Shown: positions 45,077 through 54,633 of the stretch, one piece after another
Position numbering within the stretch: position 1 is the first letter of the stretch
Layout: every line of letters begins with the position of its first letter
IMG/VR virus record: IMGVR_UViG_3300008108_003798
Source: a virus
Taxonomy: Duplodnaviria > Caudoviricetes
DNA: 64,000 nt
Reading direction: 5' to 3' (one strand)
Position numbers and translations under genes: made by a program
Notes under the pieces: generated by a model
What the model was told of the DNA's origin: nothing
Database searches by the model: none
The model's input: only the letters and a program-made list of their open reading frames with translations

Positions 45077-47383
45077 TTAAATTGTGCAACTTTCACAAGC
45101 GGCTTCGTCACTGATTTGTATTTCGGGCTCAAATGCGTCTTCTTTGACCATCTTGGCTACGTCTAGTTCGCCAGCGCCGTCGTTGGTGTTGAAGTAATAC
45201 AACTGCTTGCCGCCGTATTTGTAGAACATTACCATGTGCTGTAGCATCACACTCATAGGAATCTTTTCATCTTCAAAGTAGATTGGATTGTAACTGGTAT
45301 TAACACTAATGCCTTGGTCAATGTATTTTTGCAACACTGACATGATCTTTAGATAACCTTCTGGTGACTTTTGATCCCATAGTAGATCGTACTTGTTCTT
45401 TAGACGCTTGTATTCAGGAACAACCTGCTTTAGTACGCCGTGCTTGCTTTGCTTAACACTGATATATGCACGTGGCGGCTCAATTCCGTTTGTAGCATTT
45501 GCAATCTGTGCTGAAGTTTCGCTGGGCATCAATGCCATCAGTGTACTGTTGCGAATGCCAGTTTCTTTCAACTGTTTGCGAAGTTCTGCCCAGTCCATGC
45601 GTTCAACGTGTGGCACAAGATCGTCAACATCCTTCTTGTAGGTTTGGTTAGGTGTGATGCCGTGTCCGTACTTGGTTTCTAAGTTGCCGCTAGGGGCACC
45701 CTGTTCCGTTGCTAGATCAGCACTGGCTTTAATCAAATAGTAACTCCAGGCTTCTGCCCACTCGTCAATCAGTGCAAGTCCTTCTGCATCTATATGTTGA
45801 TAACTAAGTCCATGCTTGGCCATCCAGTATGCAAAGTTGATAATGCCAACACCTAGCGGACGGCGCTTTTCAGTTGACAATCTTGCTGCAAGAACTGGAT
45901 AGTCTTGATAGGATAGCAGTGCATCAAGACCTCTAACTGCCAGTGTGCAGACACGCTTGAAGTCTGCAGGTGTACGAATGTTACCCCAATTAATGGCGGA
46001 AAGGGTGCAAAGGCTGATTTCACCTTCCGCATCGTTTAGATCACTTAATGGCTTGGTTGGCAAGTCAATTTCTGCACAGAGATTGCTTTGACGAATAGGT
46101 GCAAGTTCAGGCAAGAAACTGCCGTGATCGTTTGCATTGTCCACGTTTTGTAAATAGATACGGCCTGTTGATTTGCGCTCTTCCATGAATGAGCCAAATA
46201 TTTCAAGTGCTGTTACAGTTTTTTTACGTATCTTTGGATTGCGTTCTGCTGCTTCATACAGTTCTCTAAACCGTGCTTGATCTGCAAAGAACGCATCATA
46301 CAAGCCAGGAACATCGCTTGGAGAAAACAGAGTAATATTACCGCCGGTGATTAGGCGTTCGTACATCAGTTTATTAAACTGTACACCGTAGTCCATGTGG
46401 CGTACACGAGTTTCTTCTGTGCCCTTGTTATTCTTTAGAACCAGCAGTTCTTCTACTTCGAGATGCCACAGTGGATAGTAGATAGTTGCTGCACCACCTC
46501 TGACGCCACCTTGGCTGCAACTTTTAACGGCTGCTTGGAACATTTTATAGAAAGGAATAATGCCTGTGTGATATGCATCGCCTCTGCGAACTGGCGAACC
46601 AATAGCACGTATCTTGCCGCCGCCGATGCCAATGCCTGCTTTTTGACTTACATATTTAACAATGGCACTGGTAGTAGCATTGATACTGTCGAGGCTATCA
46701 TCAGACTCAATAAGGACACAACTACTAAACTGTCTTTGCGGAGTACGAACACCGGCCATAACAGGAGTAGGTAGGCTAATGTCGTGAAGACTAATAGCAT
46801 CATAATAATCTTTGACCCATTGTAGTCTTGTTTCTTTTGAATAACTCTGGAACAGTGTTGCAGCAATTAAAATATAGCACATCTGCGGAGTTTCGAATAT
46901 CTCGCCGGATACACGATTCTGTACTAGGTACTTGCCTCTTAGTTGTTCCATTGCAACGTAGGTTAGGTCCTCGTCTCTGTCGTGTTTGACGAAACTGTTG
47001 ATTTTCTCCCATTCGTCTTCGTTGTAGTAGTTGATTAGATCAGGATCATAAAAGCCGTTTTCAATGTTACGAATTACTAGTTCTTTAACTGTGCAAGGTG
47101 TGTATTGTCCGTATACTTCTTTGCGTAAACCATAGTTGATTAGTCTGCCACCTACATATTGATAATTTGGAGTTTCTTCTGAGATAAGATCTGCTGCTGC
47201 CTTGATTAATGTTTCTTGAATGTCGTCGGTCTTGATGCCGTTATAGAATTGGATTTGACTCTTGATTTCTACTTCGCTTGGACTAACCCCTGTGATGCCT
47301 TCGCAGGCATGAAATACTACTTTGTGTAACTTTTCTATGTCAAGGGGTTCTTTTTTCCCATTGCGTTTCGTAACTTGAATCAT
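45077..47383 (-). CDS. nrdA: class Ia ribonucleotide reductase alpha subunit
   Basis: ATP cone (VTKRNG), SLPTP, QFSSC, QSNLCAEI, LCTL, LMPSETS, KQLYY, CESC. Confidence 0.96.
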   Translation of the reverse strand: MIQVTKRNGKKEPLDIEKLHKVVFHACEGITGVSPSEVEIKSQIQFYNGIKTDDIQETLIKAAADLISEETPNYQYVGGRLINYGLRKEVYGQYTPCTVKELVIRNIENGFYDPDLINYYNEDEWEKINSFVKHDRDEDLTYVAMEQLRGKYLVQNRVSGEIFETPQMCYILIAATLFQSYSKETRLQWVKDYYDAISLHDISLPTPVMAGVRTPQRQFSSCVLIESDDSLDSINATTSAIVKYVSQKAGIGIGGGKIRAIGSPVRRGDAYHTGIIPFYKMFQAAVKSCSQGGVRGGAATIYYPLWHLEVEELLVLKNNKGTEETRVRHMDYGVQFNKLMYERLITGGNITLFSPSDVPGLYDAFFADQARFRELYEAAERNPKIRKKTVTALEIFGSFMEERKSTGRIYLQNVDNANDHGSFLPELAPIRQSNLCAEIDLPTKPLSDLNDAEGEISLCTLSAINWGNIRTPADFKRVCTLAVRGLDALLSYQDYPVLAARLSTEKRRPLGVGIINFAYWMAKHGLSYQHIDAEGLALIDEWAEAWSYYLIKASADLATEQGAPSGNLETKYGHGITPNQTYKKDVDDLVPHVERMDWAELRKQLKETGIRNSTLMALMPSETSAQIANATNGIEPPRAYISVKQSKHGVLKQVVPEYKRLKNKYDLLWDQKSPEGYLKIMSVLQKYIDQGISVNTSYNPIYFEDEKIPMSVMLQHMVMFYKYGGKQLYYFNTNDGAGELDVAKMVKEDAFEPEIQISDEAACESCTI

Positions 47384-47429
47384 TTTTTATTGTTTCCTCT
47401 TTATCAAATGTTTAGGTTTGGACAGATAT

Positions 47430-47855
47430 TTATTGCAAGGGTGGCAAGCAATATTTTTTCTCGATCTTTAAATTTTTGGGTATAGATTCAGCATCTACCG
47501 CTCTATCTCTAAGATAGCCAATTACGTCGTTGTCAATATAAAGCAGGTATTTCACTTCTGACATTTCCTTATTGGTACAGATATGTATCTCAAACTGACA
47601 CTGGGAAAAGCGTGTAGTTAACTGCAAACTATAGGCAATACCTAATAAACATGCAAACTCGCAGTAGGTATTTTCATAGATTAGAGTCCAAGGATCCAAC
47701 CACGATTCTTCGTCGTAGGGATCAACGGATATGGTCACCAACGGTGCTCGATTATAAAAATCAATAGCATCTTGCAACGGTGTGTGAGAAGTTTCCAGTT
47801 GACTTCTAAGATCAACCCAGGCTCTTAACCTGTCTTCGTATTTTTTATCAAACAT
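47430..47855 (-). CDS. conserved phage hypothetical protein
   Basis: 141-aa ORF upstream of nrdA. Confidence 0.65.
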   Translation of the reverse strand: MFDKKYEDRLRAWVDLRSQLETSHTPLQDAIDFYNRAPLVTISVDPYDEESWLDPWTLIYENTYCEFACLLGIAYSLQLTTRFSQCQFEIHICTNKEMSEVKYLLYIDNDVIGYLRDRAVDAESIPKNLKIEKKYCLPPLQ

Positions 47856-47858
47856 ATG

Positions 47859-49442
47859 TTATGACTTGACTCTTATTGTGTAATAAAGATTGTCGTTGCT
47901 TACCGGAATACTATTAACTGCCGATAAGTTAACGATAGTAGTAGTTGCTGCACTAGGTACTGTAACAGTTTCTAAAGCGGCAGAGAACACCAACGATGAT
48001 GCATAACCGCTGTCGCCCATGAAATTATAATTGTCGTTTAAAACTACGCTGTTATTGGATAGATTAATTACCAACTCAATTGTACCTTCTCTAACAATGT
48101 CTTCTGAGTCTTCTGTATACACATAGTCAACAAAGATTGTTCCATTGTCTACCACAGGAAACTTTAGTATTGACGTGCTTGTTGCTAGCAAACCAATTGT
48201 AGTATTGTTACCGTAGAGATTGCTGTAGTTTATTCTACCTAGTACTTCAGGAGTATAAAACTTTGTAGCAGCACTATCAGCAGGACCTGCTACGGTTTTA
48301 TTTTGTGTGCGTTCAAAGAAGTCTGAACTACTCAAGTTTGTGTCTGTGGTAAATCTAATCACAGGCGATCTTGAAGTGTTGGCTTGATCATTACCTACGT
48401 TAAAGAATTTATTATTAGTACTTAGATTGTAGTTGCCTTCTCTGACGAAGATAGCTTCTTCGTCAATTCTATCAAAGAAAGAACCTTCAATCAAATTGTA
48501 GGATGGGCCGTCTGACATACCCAACAATCCAATTGAAGTATCTGTTCCGAAAGCGATTCCTTTGAGCATTGATTCTAAACGTAAATTTCTAAATGTATTA
48601 TTTTTAATGTAGTAATCACTATAAATGCCGTAGTTGAAATTGTCAATCTCTATTCCATCAAATACGTTATTTTCTGATAGTTTTACATCAGAGTAAGAAA
48701 TAATATCAATTGCTCTATGTATATCTGCTACATCACCAAATGTCCAAAAACCTTTGATTTTCAAATTCTTAAAAATGCTGCGTTGGCACGAGTCTACAAT
48801 CATACCTTTTTTAGTTAAACTGTTTACTTCGATTGAGCAATCAGAAATTTCTACATACTTGGCTAGATACTCATCACTAACTTCGTCAATTGTTTCAGTT
48901 GGGTCCGCAGGATTGTAGTGTACAGTTTTAAATACGTCTGCGGTGCTGGATCTAAATATTGTTTTTTCTTTGCCTGCACCTCTGATAACAGCATACGGAG
49001 GTACTTCAATAGTACTGGATACCACATATACACCTGCTGGAAACCAAAGTATAACTCTATTCTCTGTACTGCTGTTTAAAAATAGAGTATCAATGGCCAA
49101 TTGTATTTCGTCTGTTTGATCTGATCCATTGCCAGTTGCACCAAAAGAAAACACACTAACAGTTTCGTCTAGTCTGTCTTGTAGACTTCTTGATACTGGA
49201 ACATTTATACCCCAAATGTTGTTATCGGATTTGTATGAGTACTGATCTGCTAGTTCAAATATGTTGCTGTGTTCAGTTAATAGTTCGGTATTGCCCACAT
49301 ATGGAGCACCTTCACTGACTGCACCATTACCAATGTATAGACGTTGGTTGTCAATGCTCCATGCAATTTCACCAGATGCTAGTTGTGGTGGGTTACCTCT
49401 ACCTCTACGGTGCTGAATTCGGCTGATTTGAACAATTGCCAC
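47859..49442 (-). CDS. virion structural protein with pectate-lyase-like beta-helix
   Basis: MAIVQISRIQHRRG..LASGE..W..D..RLYIGNG; SVFSFGATGNG..DQT.EIQ.AI; beta-helix repeats. Confidence 0.75.
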   Translation of the reverse strand: MAIVQISRIQHRRGRGNPPQLASGEIAWSIDNQRLYIGNGAVSEGAPYVGNTELLTEHSNIFELADQYSYKSDNNIWGINVPVSRSLQDRLDETVSVFSFGATGNGSDQTDEIQLAIDTLFLNSSTENRVILWFPAGVYVVSSTIEVPPYAVIRGAGKEKTIFRSSTADVFKTVHYNPADPTETIDEVSDEYLAKYVEISDCSIEVNSLTKKGMIVDSCQRSIFKNLKIKGFWTFGDVADIHRAIDIISYSDVKLSENNVFDGIEIDNFNYGIYSDYYIKNNTFRNLRLESMLKGIAFGTDTSIGLLGMSDGPSYNLIEGSFFDRIDEEAIFVREGNYNLSTNNKFFNVGNDQANTSRSPVIRFTTDTNLSSSDFFERTQNKTVAGPADSAATKFYTPEVLGRINYSNLYGNNTTIGLLATSTSILKFPVVDNGTIFVDYVYTEDSEDIVREGTIELVINLSNNSVVLNDNYNFMGDSGYASSLVFSAALETVTVPSAATTTIVNLSAVNSIPVSNDNLYYTIRVKS

Positions 49443-49465
49443 GATCGTTACTCCTACGCTTTTTA

Positions 49466-50179
49466 TTATTTAGCGTACTTTTCGTAATAGGAGTATACTC
49501 GATCCCACCATCGGTTTGACCACTCGTCAAACTCGTCCGGCCACAAGTCAAATTGCAAATACTGCTCGTCTCTGGTACACATGAACACATGACCTTCACG
49601 TATATTAGTCCCGTGTATTTCGTTGTGAGCAAGTGCATATGCCGTCATTTGAAGATAGTAGTCTTCAATCCACTCTTTCTTCTTAACTTTGTTGCTTTGT
49701 TTAAAGTCCATAATACAGGCATTGCCTTTGTATACACCAACCAAGTCAGTTGTTCCTGCATACAAACTTGGCATGTACAGAGGCACTTCGCTGCCCCATA
49801 TTTCAGTTACATCATCCAGTGCATGAACTCGTATACGAGTAGCCATTGCGTGTGCTTTTTGTGCATACGGATTTGTTCCTGCCGATGGCCACTCACCTGT
49901 AGCAATATAGTCTTCGAGATACTTGTGCATACGAGTTCCTACGCCCGCAGCCTCTGTGGTAATTTCTTTTGCTTTGGTCTCACCTACCCGTTTGCGCCAT
50001 TCAATCAAGTGTGTTTGATCTTTGGTTTCGCCAAGGATAGTAGTAACGCTGGCAACAGCACTACCGTCAGGAGTCAAGTATCTTCGTTTGCCTTCTACTT
50101 CTGTTCTAGGAATCTTTGTGTATTCAAACTTATTAACTATTAGTGTCACTATCAGATCCCCAGTTAGTGACTTCGGCAA
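49466..50179 (-). CDS. PD-(D/E)XK exonuclease (MGME1-like)
   Basis: SVTTIL, GTRMH, SEVPL..YAGTTD..IMDFKQS, Y.LQMTAY. Confidence 0.85.
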   Translation of the reverse strand: MPKSLTGDLIVTLIVNKFEYTKIPRTEVEGKRRYLTPDGSAVASVTTILGETKDQTHLIEWRKRVGETKAKEITTEAAGVGTRMHKYLEDYIATGEWPSAGTNPYAQKAHAMATRIRVHALDDVTEIWGSEVPLYMPSLYAGTTDLVGVYKGNACIMDFKQSNKVKKKEWIEDYYLQMTAYALAHNEIHGTNIREGHVFMCTRDEQYLQFDLWPDEFDEWSNRWWDRVYSYYEKYAK

Positions 50180-50480
50180 TGTCTTCGTCGTAATACGGGC
50201 TCATCATATAAGGAGCAACATTGCTATATGGGTCGTCGAAACCTTCTATTTCATTTACTTCTGGGACTAGATTGGTTAATAGATTTTTAATACCAAATTG
50301 AAGTGTTGCTGTGCTACCTGAGCAACCAGAACATGCACCACTCATTTCTAGTTTCACTCGGCCGTTGTCGTACTCTACAAAACGAACTTCGCCGCCGTGT
50401 TGTTCCACATATGGTTGTACATACTCATTTAAAATTTGTTTGATGTTTTCACTAATTACTTCTTTTGTTCTTTCAGTCAT
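50133..50480 (-). CDS. NifU C-terminal/NfuA-like Fe-S carrier
   Basis: VQPYVEQHGGEV, LEMSGACSGCSGS..TL..GI. Confidence 0.88.
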   Translation of the reverse strand: MTERTKEVISENIKQILNEYVQPYVEQHGGEVRFVEYDNGRVKLEMSGACSGCSGSTATLQFGIKNLLTNLVPEVNEIEGFDDPYSNVAPYMMSPYYDEDIAEVTNWGSDSDTNS

Positions 50481-50525
50481 GGGTCTCTCCAGTTTGACTT
50501 AATATAACATTTTTTTCTAAAGAAG

Positions 50526-50807
50526 TCAAGAGCCTATTTTGGTAGCACGTTTGGCCATTTGGCCAACGACATCTTTTTTAGACGCAGTACCACCGCCAAC
50601 ATCATCAAGTTCACGTGTCTTTAGTGTAATAGAATCTTGATTGAAATCTTTTATTAGACCACGGATCTTGTCATCTGAGTCATATGCTGCTTTGAACACA
50701 TCGTAAGAGAACTGTTGTCCGCCTACGTTTTGCATATATCTATCTAATTGTTGGATGTTAAATTTTGTTAACCCTTTGTTTTTCAAAAGGGTTAACACCT
50801 GATACAA
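50526..50807 (-). CDS. hypothetical protein
   Basis: ORF track. Confidence 0.6.
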   Translation of the reverse strand: MYQVLTLLKNKGLTKFNIQQLDRYMQNVGGQQFSYDVFKAAYDSDDKIRGLIKDFNQDSITLKTRELDDVGGGTASKKDVVGQMAKRATKIGS

Positions 50808-50830
50808 CTTGTCTGTATCGATATTCTCAG

Positions 50831-51661
50831 TTACTTTTTTTTTGAAAGGATACTTGCTAAACGAGTTGGGTTAACAGTTTCGTTTGCTTTGACACGTCCA
50901 AGAATCTTACTCATGTTGTAACTTTTTGATTCCCGCTTGGCACGACCTGCTGGCTCTTCACCGCCGGTTGCTGGCTCTGCTGCACCGAACTCGTCATCTG
51001 CAGGTTCATCCATGTCCATGCCTGCATCCATGTCGTCTGTGGGCATCTCGTCGTCCACAGTTGGTTCCATGCTCATGTCCATGTCATCTTCTCCGCCCAT
51101 TGGCATTGGACCACCTTCGCCTGTTAGTGTGCCAACACCGCCAGTTAGTGCTGTGCGAGTTGATTCCAATGCAGCATAAAGGCTTTCCAGTGCAGGTCTA
51201 ACTGCATTGGTGAAACTGTCTGCTGACTCTTGACCCATTTCGTCACGAATAGCGTCTGCAAGTTCTAACATGCTTTCTGTTTGCATTTCTGCTGTATCTT
51301 CCATCCAACTGGTGATACGATCGACCATTTCTTTTGCAGCCATGACCAATTCGGCTGTGTCCTCTGCGCCCTCACGCAATGTGCTTTCTTCTAATGATTC
51401 GTCATCCACATGTCCACGTTCACTGATTGCTGCATTTAATACATCTAACATTAGTTTTGACTTTTGATAAGTTTCGTTGTGTACTGAATCAAATGATTCA
51501 TTGGTTTCAACTTGACTTAACTGTGTACGTATTCTGTTACGAACATCTTGAAGTTGCTCTAGCGTGAAACGCTCTAGATTGATTTTTTGTCCAAAACGTG
51601 CGGCTAGGCTTTCGTTTAATGACTTGGCAGTGACTGGTTTTGCGAATTCTCTAAGTTGCAT
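50831..51661 (-). CDS. acidic head scaffold/core-like protein
   Basis: Helical, acidic Pro/Gly/Met-rich tail; many L-x-E sites. Confidence 0.5.
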   Translation of the reverse strand: MQLREFAKPVTAKSLNESLAARFGQKINLERFTLEQLQDVRNRIRTQLSQVETNESFDSVHNETYQKSKLMLDVLNAAISERGHVDDESLEESTLREGAEDTAELVMAAKEMVDRITSWMEDTAEMQTESMLELADAIRDEMGQESADSFTNAVRPALESLYAALESTRTALTGGVGTLTGEGGPMPMGGEDDMDMSMEPTVDDEMPTDDMDAGMDMDEPADDEFGAAEPATGGEEPAGRAKRESKSYNMSKILGRVKANETVNPTRLASILSKKK

Positions 51662-51692
51662 AGTTGGGTTTCCTATAATGCTTTATTTTTAT

Positions 51693-52124
51693 TTATCTAA
51701 TGTCGGAAAGAATGAACCCGTCTAGAACACGTTTTGCATTATCGATCTTGTCTGTGGATATCTCCAGCAGAGATTCCATTGCCACACGTCGTGGATGGTT
51801 TTCTGTGGTTTCAATAATATGATTATAAAATTGACTATCGTTATAGTTTTTCTCTATCACTCGATCGTAGTGCATTAATCCACGCCAGGGCTTTGATTTA
51901 GCATATGCCTTTGCAACTGCAACGGCACCGATCTTACTAAAGGTTGTAGTAACAGTTTTGTTGTTTTTTGTATCAACCAAAATGTACCCATGCGTTTTGC
52001 TAGGTCTAATAAGAATACTGTCAATACGAATAGTATTACCTTTGTGTTCTGGTATTAAGTAATCTTTGATTTTAAATTCTATAAGATTTTCTAGTTCTGA
52101 AACAGCCTGTTCAAGATTTTTCAT
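51693..52124 (-). CDS. hypothetical protein
   Basis: ORF track. Confidence 0.6.
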   Translation of the reverse strand: MKNLEQAVSELENLIEFKIKDYLIPEHKGNTIRIDSILIRPSKTHGYILVDTKNNKTVTTTFSKIGAVAVAKAYAKSKPWRGLMHYDRVIEKNYNDSQFYNHIIETTENHPRRVAMESLLEISTDKIDNAKRVLDGFILSDIR

Positions 52125-52317
52125 TTGGAAGTACCACCATTGATCCTTTATGATACACCTTGGAAAGAAGACTTTTGCGTATTAAGTTTTCGATAACGAA
52201 CTTTTCTCTTTCGGTGAATGTCTCAATATAGCACGGAGATTTTATCTTGTCAAGCATTGAACGTTCTTCATTGCTGGTATGAATATCAAAATCTTTTAAT
52301 AATTCGTTTAATTTCAT
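52111..52317 (-). CDS. hypothetical protein
   Basis: MKLNELL N-terminus. Confidence 0.6.
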   Translation of the reverse strand: MKLNELLKDFDIHTSNEERSMLDKIKSPCYIETFTEREKFVIENLIRKSLLSKVYHKGSMVVLPNEKS

Positions 52318-52775
52318 ATTGCTATCGACCTTTTTAGATCTTGCTTCTTATAAACGACTTTTTTAGGTGCAGTTGGGTCTTTTAGTGCGTCAGGGTTTTC
52401 GATTTCTACATCGTCACCTTGTACTTTGGTTACTTTATAATTTTGTACGCCACCTTTGGCTGTGTTGGGCAGTGGAATTTGTTTACCCGGTTGAATCAAT
52501 TTATCTTTTGCTTGTTCAATATCGCGATTTTGTGCTTGATTGGGCTGTTGAGGAGGATTAGAAACTGTGGTGGATCCTGTGCTGCCCAAGGCTTGCCCTA
52601 CTTTAGATGTTGTTGAACCCACTGCCTTTGCTACCTGCCCGCCGATCTTTGATGCTGCGCCAACAGCCTTAGCACCTAGTTTAGCACCTGCTGCTAAACC
52701 TCTTGCAGCACCGATTACCAATGGGAGTATTTCGTCTAGTTTTGTATCTTCTTTGATAAACTCGTCGGCTCTCAT
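52314..52775 (-). CDS. putative head-internal protein
   Basis: MRADEFIKE..LDE followed by an Ala/Gly-rich segment. Confidence 0.55.
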   Translation of the reverse strand: MRADEFIKEDTKLDEILPLVIGAARGLAAGAKLGAKAVGAASKIGGQVAKAVGSTTSKVGQALGSTGSTTVSNPPQQPNQAQNRDIEQAKDKLIQPGKQIPLPNTAKGGVQNYKVTKVQGDDVEIENPDALKDPTAPKKVVYKKQDLKRSIAI

Positions 52776-53068
52776 TTGCGAAGTTTCCTTTTGTACTTTG
52801 GTCTTGGCTTGTTAAGTTTTTTAATTCTTTTGCTGGTAGGATGTTTTAATCTAGAAATCTGTTTAATTGCTTGTGCTTTGCCCTTGGTTCTACGTGTCTT
52901 TTTAAGAGTAGCACTCTTGCTCATAGATACTGCTGTGTTGCAGGTAGCAGGTTTTGCCACCACACGGCCTTTTTTCTTACCATCTGTGCAACGATAACGA
53001 CGTACAACGCCCTTCTTACCGCGACCCCAAACTGGCTTCCATCCTTCTACGATCTCTTCTACTAACAT
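52772..53068 (-). CDS. highly basic protein (paralog A)
   Basis: VWGR....VVRRYRCT.G...GRVVAK. Confidence 0.7.
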   Translation of the reverse strand: MLVEEIVEGWKPVWGRGKKGVVRRYRCTDGKKKGRVVAKPATCNTAVSMSKSATLKKTRRTKGKAQAIKQISRLKHPTSKRIKKLNKPRPKYKRKLRK

Positions 53069-53343
53069 TATCTATTCATAGCCTTTAATCTACGACTTGC
53101 TGGATTGACACGTTTGGTTCGTTTTGCCTTGCGACTCATACGACCACCAATCTTTTGTTTTAGTCTTTTGAAACGCATACTCTGTTTGATGTCAATTGGT
53201 GCATAGCATTGTGCCATCTTGGCCACAACTCTACCGTGTCTACGACCGCCAGTGCAACGGTACTTGCGAACCACGTTTGTACCGCGGCGCCCCCACACTT
53301 GCTTTTCATCTAGTTCTATGTCAAATAATTCACGTAATAACAT
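53068..53343 (-). CDS. highly basic protein (paralog B)
   Basis: VWGR....VVRKYRCT.G...GRVVAK. Confidence 0.7.
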   Translation of the reverse strand: MLLRELFDIELDEKQVWGRRGTNVVRKYRCTGGRRHGRVVAKMAQCYAPIDIKQSMRFKRLKQKIGGRMSRKAKRTKRVNPASRRLKAMNR

Positions 53344-53361
53344 AAAGTTATTTATCGTGAT

Positions 53362-53604
53362 TTAAAATTGTGTGATCATTACTATAATAGTAGAAAGCAG
53401 GCCCGCTACAATGCTGCCTGCTGCACCCACAATAACTTTAATAAGACTGTCGTTGCCGTTCTTCATATCAAGGGCAATGCTGTCTAGTTTGTCTTCAACT
53501 TTGGTTAAACGCTGATCAAGTTGAGCATATCTTATGGCGCACAGGTCCACGTGTGCTTCTAGACTCTCTTTTTCAAGATCTGTTGATTGTGCGATAGTCA
53601 TCAT
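53362..53604 (-). CDS. coiled-coil plus C-terminal TM protein (holin/XhlA-like)
   Basis: LEAHVDLCAIRY..L..RL..VE..L, then TM. Confidence 0.6.
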   Translation of the reverse strand: MMTIAQSTDLEKESLEAHVDLCAIRYAQLDQRLTKVEDKLDSIALDMKNGNDSLIKVIVGAAGSIVAGLLSTIIVMITQF

Positions 53605-53675
53605 ATTCTCCGTTAAACGATAGGAAATAGCCTTTTCGATGTGATGCCTATGATGCCTTTTTAATATTTATGAGA

Positions 53676-54095
53676 TCAGTTGAAATCTTCTAGTTTAACA
53701 AACACAATGTTTTTATGTTCTGCAGACGTTGTTATAAAGGCTGCATCAGTGAAGTTGATGGTTTCATCAAGACTGTCAATGATAGGAACGTAATTAAAAT
53801 CATGTACAAGATAGTCCAAGTTGTGTTGTTCATCGGATTCAAATCCAAAGTTCAGTTTCCATATACGTTGCTTGCCAGTGTACTTGGATCCAAAACCCAA
53901 ATCTTTTATCAACTTCTCTTCTGAGGTTGGTGCTGAATTGATAACAGGATTTGCTCTTAAACTTATAGTTTGTAATGCTGTAAGATAGTTTTGTTGTTGC
54001 TTTTGCAGATAAGGATCGTCGCCGCGTCTTGCATTTGTTCTAGTTATATCAACAAGTGTTAGTAATTGGAATCTCATAACGTACTTATCAGCCAT
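53676..54095 (-). CDS. conserved phage hypothetical protein
   Basis: TLVDITRT..RR. Confidence 0.6.
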   Translation of the reverse strand: MADKYVMRFQLLTLVDITRTNARRGDDPYLQKQQQNYLTALQTISLRANPVINSAPTSEEKLIKDLGFGSKYTGKQRIWKLNFGFESDEQHNLDYLVHDFNYVPIIDSLDETINFTDAAFITTSAEHKNIVFVKLEDFN

Positions 54096-54144
54096 AAAAA
54101 AAGGGTCCGCAAAACGCGAACCCTTTCAAATAGTTATTCAACTA

Positions 54145-54522
54145 TTAGAGAGCTGGTTGAAATACTGCTTCAACAGTTACAGTAGCACCAGTTCCTGCTG
54201 CTGCGTCAGTGGTATCGAAAGTACCAGTACCTTGTACACGGAAGTATACAATGTCAGTTGTACCGCTTACAAACGCTGAACCGTTGGCAGTACCAAAACC
54301 TGCTACAGTGAAAGCATCGCCAGTGTTAGATGGTAGAACACCACTAGCACCACCTGCTTGAGTGATTGCATTGTAGAAAGCAAGTAGGTTAGCATTGGTC
54401 ATGTTTGTTAGAGCAAACTTGACAATGAGTTCACGACCTGCGTCTGATGTGTTAATTACGAATTTGTTGTAGTTGGCACCAACTGTTGTTGCACCAACTG
54501 CTAAACTTGTTACGTCTGCCAT
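54145..54522 (-). CDS. probable virion structural protein
   Basis: Ala/Gly/Thr-rich; GGAG RBS; downstream terminator near 54095-54127. Confidence 0.55.
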   Translation of the reverse strand: MADVTSLAVGATTVGANYNKFVINTSDAGRELIVKFALTNMTNANLLAFYNAITQAGGASGVLPSNTGDAFTVAGFGTANGSAFVSGTTDIVYFRVQGTGTFDTTDAAAGTGATVTVEAVFQPAL

Positions 54523-54633
54523 TTTAAATCTCCTTATACTCTATGGCTACAAATCTACGCTCCGTAGATGTTGTTATTATTATTTAGCACGGAGATAGAA
54601 ATACGGGGTAATATGGTGTAAAAACGAGATTGA

